From a virus (lineage: Duplodnaviria; Heunggongvirae; Uroviricota; Caudoviricetes), in IMG/VR virus record IMGVR_UViG_3300011972_000167: 64,000 bases of DNA; one strand, written 5' to 3'. The notes beneath the pieces are model-generated. The model had not been told where the DNA came from, searched no databases, and saw only the letters and a program-made list of their open reading frames with translations. The stretch's first letter is position 1, and each line of letters starts with the position of its first letter. A program made the position numbers and the translations under genes. This document shows, in pieces, positions 56,885 to 64,000 of the stretch.

Positions 56885-59800
56885 TTGAGAAATTTAGATA
56901 AATTTAAGTTAAGGGTAGCCAGCTTTTTTCTTGTCAGTGCTAATATATTAAACTTAATAGCCCCTATACAAGTTAAGGCAGTTGACTTCAGTTCTCAATT
57001 AAGCAGTAATGAAGCTTTAGGTTCTCCTTTGTTAAATGAAAGTACTTGGGAAGAGGGAGATTGGAACAGATGGGAAACAGTTGCTTTTGGAGTATTTTTA
57101 AGTAATTTCCCTGTACCTTTTGTAGATGATTATATGACATCCTTTCAAGATACTGGAGCAGGCTCGAACGGATACGGATTAAACGCATTGAAATACGGTA
57201 GTGGAAATGACAGTCAAGCAAATAAGGTTTTAACTAATCTTTTAAGTTTTGCAATAAAAGACCAATCGCAATCTTTATCTAATATAAAGGTGAGATATCA
57301 TAAAATAGATAATCATTTTGTAGATAGTTTAGAGGGAGAGTTAAAAGATGATGGAGCAGATGCCAAGTTAAAGGATTTGTTTATTGGCATAGGGGATGGT
57401 GGAGATACTGAACCACATATTAAAAGAACAACTGTAGATGATAGTTCTTTTACTCAAACTTTTAAGTATTTTTCTTTCGATGAAATGGTTTTGCCTGAAT
57501 TTTATATTACTACCACTAACGGACCTGTCCAGATATTTGATTACAGGGATGGCTATGATATACAGATGTTTTCTTTGACTTTAGCTAGGGCAGCTAACTC
57601 AATACATAAAGAAAAAGTAATATCAACTATAGATTCTACGATGGAAAGTCCTATAGGATTTGATGTTTATGGGAATATATGTATACAGAATGATGGTAAA
57701 AACATAGTAGTACTTCCAGCTTCAGCTAATCAACATTTAACAAATGAAAAACAATATAATTTACTTACTTCTACCATGATGCTTGGTTCTTATACTTCTA
57801 AAAGCGGAGATGGATTAGTAGGGGATTTCCTTAGTAATAGGAGAGGAACTTTGGAAGGCATTACTTCTAATGGAGGCGGTGGTTTAGTCTATACCTCTTT
57901 AGATAGAGATGACTTAGGAAAAGTTATAATGTATAGTGATACTGATGTTTCTCTGTATCAATTAGCTAAGTCAAAAGTAACTGTAGATAAAAGCTTTACT
58001 GATATTCTGAAAGAGTATGTAGGAGATAAGGATACTTTTGGTTTTGTTACTGGCGAGGCTATATATGAACTTGCCAACGCTGATTCTATAGATAATAAGA
58101 TAGGATTACCATTCAAAATAGAAGTGATTGGTACTGAGGGAGATGTAACTTGGATGGATAAGGTACTTAACGGTCTTAGTTCTGCCAGTTCAACATCTTC
58201 TGATAAAATAACGAATACAGTTAAAGCAAGTAATTTTTTAGCTAACATATACCCAACTAAACCAACTAACAATATACTTAATAATATGTTTACTCTATCT
58301 GGTAAGGCAACACTGTTCGGAGAGTCAGATAAGCAGTATATGGGTGTAGGAATGAGGTCGGGTAACGGATTAAGAGTTTATGCCAGATACATTAACTACG
58401 CATTGAAATATCTTAACACTAAGGTAGTTAGAAATATATCTGGTACTACTTCTTCAAATTGGGGAGTACCTAGCCAATCAGACTTTGTAAGTAGAGTAAG
58501 AGGTGCTAAAGACCCAAAAGAGGCGGCTCAGGCTATATTTTCTAATGTATCTCCTGTAACTGGAGATGCTTTAGGTGATACTATGCCAATGAATGGGCTG
58601 TTCAAACATTGGGCTGTTTATGAGAGTGGATATGCTAAAGGAAAGAACTATTCAGATAATAAGATAGCTAACTTAAAAGCACAAGATACTTATTCCAGTG
58701 GTGGATTATTCTTTGGAAATGATTTTCAGAATTTAACTAATATACAAGGAATAGGTGAAATGCAAGATAGCTTTTTTAGAACCGCTGCTTTATATGGTTT
58801 TAACAGTTCAGCTATAACAGCTTCTAATGTATTAAATGTAGTAGAGGGAACTGAATTTGCAAGCTTTACTCCTTATATTTATTTATCTTACTTAACTTTT
58901 TACGGTGTAGTAGATGGCAAGAGTTATTTTAATCCTAACATATTTACTGGTGATTTACTAGCAAGAAAAGGTGAGGATATAGCAAAAGGTGCTGTATTAA
59001 CTGCCGAGGCTAAAAAAGAGTTAATGGAAAATTATATGTTTAACTTATTAGACCCTGAAAGTGGAGCAGAGTACAGAAAGAAATTAATAAGTAACTTCAT
59101 GACTGAATTTTTATATGATAATTATAGAAAGATAGTTTATGGGAATACTGAGGGTTATATTGCCAGTGCTGTTAGTTCCAGTGGGGATGAGGGATTTTTA
59201 AGAGTTAATACTATCAGTGAAAATATGTTTATTGGCGGATTAGCCAAGTTTTATGTTAAAAATTTCTTAGTTATATTTGCTGTACTATTGTTAGTAGCTT
59301 TTATAATGGCAATATTCAGTGGGCATGGAATACTTAAGATAGTAGGAATAACAATACTATTTGCTGTAACAATGGCTATGAGTCCTACTTTACTTGATAT
59401 TACACCTGCAATATGTAATAGAGTAGTGCAAGACTTGTTTTCTTCTAATATGACTTATTGGGCTATAGCAGAAAGTATAGATAGTGATAGAATAGATGTA
59501 GCTAATGGAGCAGACAATGAAAAAGAGGTAAATACATTCATAAGAATGTTGAATATCTCACAATATGACAAAACAATATTAATAAAGAACGACATATCAA
59601 AAAAGGTAGTTGAAACAATACCTGGAGTTGATATGACAAAGATACAAAGATTGAAAACTACCAGATGGATATTCCCAATGTTAATGAGGCAATTTAGTGC
59701 AAATGATGGTTCTGCTGATTATGTATCAGTACCTTTAATAGACCAATATAGGAATATGCATAACTTATATTGGCTATATAGGAGCAATGATAAAATTAAA

Positions 59801-61906
59801 TTAGACTTAAGTAATGACACTACTTATAGTGCCAAGCTTGCAGGAGATTTAGGAGCAGGACAAATAAGTGGAGTAAGTAATAGTGCTGACATATTAGATT
59901 TATCTGCTAAACAGTCTATATTTGGAGGATATACAAATACTAGAGGTGATTCTAATGAATTAGACCATCATGCTATTAACAGATACAATAATGAAGATAT
60001 AAATAATTTGCATACTTCATTTTATCTAATGAATTTTGGAACTAAATTAACAATTCCAAACCCGTCAGATTTTAGTGAATTATCTACTGGCATATCAGAA
60101 ACGGGATTAAATAAAGATAATTGGGATAAATATGCAGATTACATAGCTGTAAATGGAGTAACATCTTTAGGGTTTATGAATAATATTGTAACAATAACTA
60201 ATGAAGATATACTACCAAATTTAGGTAAATATAACAGTTATAATGAGCCAATTTATAATTATTATGGTTACTTATGGATGACTGAAAACCCAATGCCATA
60301 TTTTTATATAAATGTCAAAGATACATTCAATTCCGATATGACTTTAGGAAAGTTGGTTTATGAGTTACAAGGATACAATGCTGATATCTTAGAAACAGAT
60401 GGAACTATTAAAAAAGAGAATGCAAGGCATAATTTCATGCATGATGATAGAAATGGTGCTATCAGAGATTTTATGGACATGGAGGAGTTTTTTACAAATG
60501 TATTGCCTTACATGTATAATGTTCAGATAATAGCTGGTGGAGATGGTAGTAACAATGGAGCCTTTGGAGATGCAGAGATAGGAGATGTATATAGTTATTA
60601 TACCAAAAATAAGAAGTCTTGGTTGTTTAGGAGTAATTGGTTAACTAAGATAGAAGAGGCTAAAGCTTTTAATAAACAGGATAGAATAGGATATTTAGAT
60701 GATAAAGGTGAGAAAAAGTTTGTAAAAATAACGGGTTCACTTCATCCTACAAGTTATATTAAATATAGACCTATGATATTTTCAGAATCACAAATGAAAG
60801 AGTTAGGGTTAGAGAAAGCTGACTTATCATATACTGAAAATCAGATATTAAAATTCAATAAAGCTATTGAAAAAGAGTGGACTTTACTAATAAATTATGC
60901 AAACAGTGGAGGAATGAAAGCAGATACTTTATATAGACAGATGGCATTAAGTGCTACCTTAAAATTCAGTAAATACTTCAGTACAAGTGATGTTATAGAG
61001 GGTAAGACGTTATATCCTAATACATTAGACTTAAGGAATATGTCCTTTGATGCTGTAATGAAGTTAGTTTATATGGGAGCAACTAAAAATGCAAGTGTAA
61101 TATATAAAGATACTATGCAAGTAGTAATAGAAAATGGAGATATTTTCGGAGGTATTATTCTTTTATTAGATGCAATCTTGTGTAGTAAGTTAATACCAAT
61201 AGTAAGAGATTTTGGATTAGCTTTTGTAACATTGCTTTTAGTATTTAAGATTATAGTTGATATAATACTTCAACAAGATAGCAAAAACAAGTATATGCTT
61301 GGTGCTTTGATAATTTATTTGAAGTGTGCAATCTTTACTTTAATGTTTTATGGGGTATTTAAGCTTATAATGGTAGTATCTTCTCCTAATCAAGTGCTAT
61401 CATCTTCTGGTATATCAGGTATATCTCATAATGCATGGTGGTACAACTTGATTATATTATTTGGTTGCTTAGGATATATTTTCTTATTAGGAAATAACAT
61501 AATAAAGTTTACTTGGGTACATAGAAGAGATATGGGATTAGAGGCTAGTCTAAATAGTTTAGGTAATATAGCTACTGGAATTACAGGAGGATTTAGTAGT
61601 GTATCGGATGCTATAGGAAATTACTTCGGTTCTTTTTCAACCAGTGCAAGTGGAACCAGTTCAATTGGAGAAAGTGAGATTACAACTGTATCTACATTAG
61701 ATGAAAGCTATAATTATAGTAGAGTAGACTCTATAGAAGATAGAAGAAAAGCAGATACTTCAGAAAATGATTTCTTAGATGCTAGTAGTTCTGCTATGAG
61801 TTCTAAAGAGCAAAAGATGGCTGGCTGGGGTTCTTCCGATATAGATAAGAGTATTGAGAGAGGAGAGGAAAAGAGCAGTTCAGATAAGGAGGAAAGCATT
61901 GAATAG
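56885..61906 (+). CDS. Giant (1673 aa) surface/membrane protein with signal peptide, mid and C-terminal TM clusters and a Ser-rich acidic tail
   Basis: Signal FFLVSANILNLIAPIQVKAVD. TMs around aa 780-830 and 1430-1530. RBS GGGAGG. Confidence 0.5.
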   Translation: MRNLDKFKLRVASFFLVSANILNLIAPIQVKAVDFSSQLSSNEALGSPLLNESTWEEGDWNRWETVAFGVFLSNFPVPFVDDYMTSFQDTGAGSNGYGLNALKYGSGNDSQANKVLTNLLSFAIKDQSQSLSNIKVRYHKIDNHFVDSLEGELKDDGADAKLKDLFIGIGDGGDTEPHIKRTTVDDSSFTQTFKYFSFDEMVLPEFYITTTNGPVQIFDYRDGYDIQMFSLTLARAANSIHKEKVISTIDSTMESPIGFDVYGNICIQNDGKNIVVLPASANQHLTNEKQYNLLTSTMMLGSYTSKSGDGLVGDFLSNRRGTLEGITSNGGGGLVYTSLDRDDLGKVIMYSDTDVSLYQLAKSKVTVDKSFTDILKEYVGDKDTFGFVTGEAIYELANADSIDNKIGLPFKIEVIGTEGDVTWMDKVLNGLSSASSTSSDKITNTVKASNFLANIYPTKPTNNILNNMFTLSGKATLFGESDKQYMGVGMRSGNGLRVYARYINYALKYLNTKVVRNISGTTSSNWGVPSQSDFVSRVRGAKDPKEAAQAIFSNVSPVTGDALGDTMPMNGLFKHWAVYESGYAKGKNYSDNKIANLKAQDTYSSGGLFFGNDFQNLTNIQGIGEMQDSFFRTAALYGFNSSAITASNVLNVVEGTEFASFTPYIYLSYLTFYGVVDGKSYFNPNIFTGDLLARKGEDIAKGAVLTAEAKKELMENYMFNLLDPESGAEYRKKLISNFMTEFLYDNYRKIVYGNTEGYIASAVSSSGDEGFLRVNTISENMFIGGLAKFYVKNFLVIFAVLLLVAFIMAIFSGHGILKIVGITILFAVTMAMSPTLLDITPAICNRVVQDLFSSNMTYWAIAESIDSDRIDVANGADNEKEVNTFIRMLNISQYDKTILIKNDISKKVVETIPGVDMTKIQRLKTTRWIFPMLMRQFSANDGSADYVSVPLIDQYRNMHNLYWLYRSNDKIKLDLSNDTTYSAKLAGDLGAGQISGVSNSADILDLSAKQSIFGGYTNTRGDSNELDHHAINRYNNEDINNLHTSFYLMNFGTKLTIPNPSDFSELSTGISETGLNKDNWDKYADYIAVNGVTSLGFMNNIVTITNEDILPNLGKYNSYNEPIYNYYGYLWMTENPMPYFYINVKDTFNSDMTLGKLVYELQGYNADILETDGTIKKENARHNFMHDDRNGAIRDFMDMEEFFTNVLPYMYNVQIIAGGDGSNNGAFGDAEIGDVYSYYTKNKKSWLFRSNWLTKIEEAKAFNKQDRIGYLDDKGEKKFVKITGSLHPTSYIKYRPMIFSESQMKELGLEKADLSYTENQILKFNKAIEKEWTLLINYANSGGMKADTLYRQMALSATLKFSKYFSTSDVIEGKTLYPNTLDLRNMSFDAVMKLVYMGATKNASVIYKDTMQVVIENGDIFGGIILLLDAILCSKLIPIVRDFGLAFVTLLLVFKIIVDIILQQDSKNKYMLGALIIYLKCAIFTLMFYGVFKLIMVVSSPNQVLSSSGISGISHNAWWYNLIILFGCLGYIFLLGNNIIKFTWVHRRDMGLEASLNSLGNIATGITGGFSSVSDAIGNYFGSFSTSASGTSSIGESEITTVSTLDESYNYSRVDSIEDRRKADTSENDFLDASSSAMSSKEQKMAGWGSSDIDKSIERGEEKSSSDKEESIE

Positions 61907-63182
61907 TGAGAGATTAAAGCTTAACAGAAGTAGGGATAAGATGTTTATCCCTATGAATGTTGAGGGTGGCGGATATGATGAAAAGTTCTTAAATACCACA
62001 AAGATATTAACTATAGTAAGTATAGCTGTAACTTGGATAGTTGTTGTAACTTGGTTAAATTCCTTACAAAATGCTACTGTATTATTTAAGTTTATAAGTT
62101 TATTTGTATTATTTTTTATAACATCTTTATTGGTAAGGTTTGTTATTTTTGAAGAGAGTTACTTTTATAAGATGTATAAAAAAACATTAACTTATAAAAA
62201 TCCAACTAGTGATGTATTTTGGAACATATCAAGTATTAAAGATACACCTAATGGTTCAATCCTTTTATTTTCAGACTTAAAAATTGGTGTATTGATTAAA
62301 TTAAAAAGGGGTTCAATCATAGGAAAGAACCAAGATTTCAGAGAACAGCATTACGATGCTGTTTCTGATTTTCTTAGTGAGATAGTAGGTAGGAGATATA
62401 GCTTTGTTCATTTGAATATGATGGAAAGAGCAGATAATGATGACAGGTTAGACAGGTTAGGTCTGTTTATAGGTCAAACAACCAACCCTAATATGAAAAG
62501 GTTACTTGAGTTACAGCTAGGTCATTTAAGAAACACTACTAGAAATGGTTTATATGAGAGTGATTATTATTTAATCTATACTGATAGAGCAGATAGATTA
62601 GATAGTATAATGAGGGATATAGAAGATTGCCTTGAATTTGTTTTAGATGGTTCTTATACAGGATATTTTGAGTTAGATAAGAAAGAAACAGTAGATGTGC
62701 ATAAAGAATTAATAGGAGTATCTTATTTTGATTATAATAATGCTACTGTAAATACTTTTAGGGAGTATCAAATTGATGATAACCCTGCTATAACGCTTAA
62801 AAAGTTAAATTTAGTCAATGGTTCTGTAATAGACTTAAGTAAAAATGATGATGCATTTTTAAGAAAGTTAGCATCAGATATAGATGCTAATAATTATTCT
62901 AATATAGCTGTATTAAATAAATTAACTGATAATAGAAATATGGATTACAGGTTAAGGTCTAATATAGATTTAGAGAAGTATAATAAAAAAGAAACTAAGA
63001 GCAATAAAAACAAAGAGATAAACATAAATTTATTAGACAATATTGATTTAGTTTCATTAGAAACTGAGGAAATGACTAAGAACTTAAGTAATAGTGTTCA
63101 TAGCATTAAAAAAGAAGAAGAAAGTATAGAAGATTTAATAAACAGTTTAAGTGATGAGGATGACGAGGAGATAAGTCTATGA
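61854..63182 (+). CDS. Membrane protein (442 aa)
   Basis: Two N-terminal TM helices. Overlaps the giant gene by about 50 nt in another frame. Confidence 0.4.
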   Translation: MREERKRAVQIRRKALNSERLKLNRSRDKMFIPMNVEGGGYDEKFLNTTKILTIVSIAVTWIVVVTWLNSLQNATVLFKFISLFVLFFITSLLVRFVIFEESYFYKMYKKTLTYKNPTSDVFWNISSIKDTPNGSILLFSDLKIGVLIKLKRGSIIGKNQDFREQHYDAVSDFLSEIVGRRYSFVHLNMMERADNDDRLDRLGLFIGQTTNPNMKRLLELQLGHLRNTTRNGLYESDYYLIYTDRADRLDSIMRDIEDCLEFVLDGSYTGYFELDKKETVDVHKELIGVSYFDYNNATVNTFREYQIDDNPAITLKKLNLVNGSVIDLSKNDDAFLRKLASDIDANNYSNIAVLNKLTDNRNMDYRLRSNIDLEKYNKKETKSNKNKEININLLDNIDLVSLETEEMTKNLSNSVHSIKKEEESIEDLINSLSDEDDEEISL

Positions 63183-64000
63183 AAATATTAATATGTGCTG
63201 GTGATAAAAGTAATAATTTATTAGATGCGTTGGGGAAAAAATTCTCTGATGGTTCTATAGAGTTTGATAAAGAGTGCTATGTAAGTGATATAAATGACTA
63301 TTTGAATAAGGGTGGTTCATTTAATAGGATAGTAGTGACTGCTCAGGCTATTGATAAAGATGGAACTTTTGCTAGTAATATAGAATATCAGATGTTTATT
63401 ATAGCTACTTTAGTTGAAATTCTAAAAGAAAGACAGCCTAAGTCAGATTTAGTTTTTCTTTTAGGGGATAATAATGAACTAGCCGACATAGCATATAATG
63501 AGTGTTATTCATTGGGAGATAGGGTAAGAGTACTCCATTTAACTAAAGATGTTAAAGTAACTGTTAATTTATTGGTTAAAGTATGTGTATTACCCTTTGA
63601 TAAAATGGATGTTGACATTATAAATACTTACATCTATAAAGGAACTGATGTATCATCTAATGCAAATTCTATAGTGGGGACTGATAACAACTTTACTAAT
63701 ATGGTTAGAGTTGGAGACTTAGATGAAGAGTCTAATGAATTTGATACTACTGAGCCAGATTACCAAGATACTGATAATTACAGTGAATTTAACGATGATG
63801 ACTTTGAAAATGGCTTTGAAGAAGATTTTGATAATACAGATGACTTTGAAGAAGATGACTTTAACAATGGAGACTTTGAGAGCGATGACTCTATTGAAAC
63901 AGATGAATTAGAGGAAGATTTTTATGAAACAGAAGAAATAGAGGTTGAGGAAGATGAAAGCACAGATGAAAGTTTATCTGGAGATTATGAACATAATTTT
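63179..64000 (+). CDS. Hypothetical protein with acidic D/E/F-rich C-terminal region, 3' partial (runs off the window)
   Basis: ATG overlaps the upstream TGA (ATGA). No stop to position 64000. N-terminus MKILICAGDKSNNLLDAL has a receiver/Rossmann-like beta-alpha start. Confidence 0.4.
   Translation, partial: MKILICAGDKSNNLLDALGKKFSDGSIEFDKECYVSDINDYLNKGGSFNRIVVTAQAIDKDGTFASNIEYQMFIIATLVEILKERQPKSDLVFLLGDNNELADIAYNECYSLGDRVRVLHLTKDVKVTVNLLVKVCVLPFDKMDVDIINTYIYKGTDVSSNANSIVGTDNNFTNMVRVGDLDEESNEFDTTEPDYQDTDNYSEFNDDDFENGFEEDFDNTDDFEEDDFNNGDFESDDSIETDELEEDFYETEEIEVEEDESTDESLSGDYEHNF

Noticed and set aside
1-64000. tRNA, rRNA or tmRNA genes in intergenic regions
   Set aside because: No intergenic stretch shows a cloverleaf-compatible 70-90-nt GC-enriched segment with GTTC/TPsiC-like and acceptor-stem pairing. 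None can be supported by eye.

Overview
This window is AT-rich (roughly 27-30% GC by eye) and looks like part of a plasmid, phage-plasmid or phage genome from a low-GC Firmicutes (Clostridia-like) host. Every credible gene (about 60) lies on the + strand, with tight or overlapping junctions, Shine-Dalgarno motifs and hairpin-plus-T-run terminators; I found no convincing minus-strand gene and no tRNA or rRNA. The recognisable content is: (a) two divergent IS607-family insertion sequences (serine-recombinase TnpA plus RuvC/zinc-finger TnpB) at about 2.95-4.89 kb and 34.73-36.74 kb, each with a conserved structured 3' end resembling an omega-RNA/right end; (b) a third TnpB-like protein without a zinc finger at 21.56-22.91 kb; (c) a complete Tad/Flp-like (type IVc pilus or secretion) operon at 5.08-12.08 kb (CpaE/TadZ-like, CpaF/TadA ATPase, TadB, TadC, a pilin-like small protein with terminator, two TadE-like pseudopilins); (d) maintenance and replication genes scattered through the window: a DHH phosphoesterase, an actin-like ParM/Alp-type ATPase, a 5'-3' flap exonuclease, a stand-alone Pol A-family polymerase domain, a DnaX-like clamp loader and a possible HU-like protein; (e) many secreted, lipoprotein or membrane proteins, including giant ones (1273, 880 and 1673 aa), cell-wall-binding-repeat proteins and a 3D-domain protein; (f) most strikingly, a 2.3-kb non-coding array (about 28.06-30.37 kb) of 40 or more degenerate bipartite repeats (GAAACCTA - N8-10 - AGTGAATTAAC). 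Immediately downstream is a gene whose C-terminal domain matches the IS110-family transposase C-terminal (HhH) domain. This array-plus-protein locus is the best candidate for an undescribed system (origin, centromere or recombination site). Other points of interest: a frameshifted SPFH gene, a hyper-acidic DEIDIDLEED-repeat protein, two MinD/ParA-fold proteins with lysine-less P-loops, and the IS insertion directly abutting (and probably truncating) the first tad gene. All functional calls rest on motif-level reading of the translations, with no database search.
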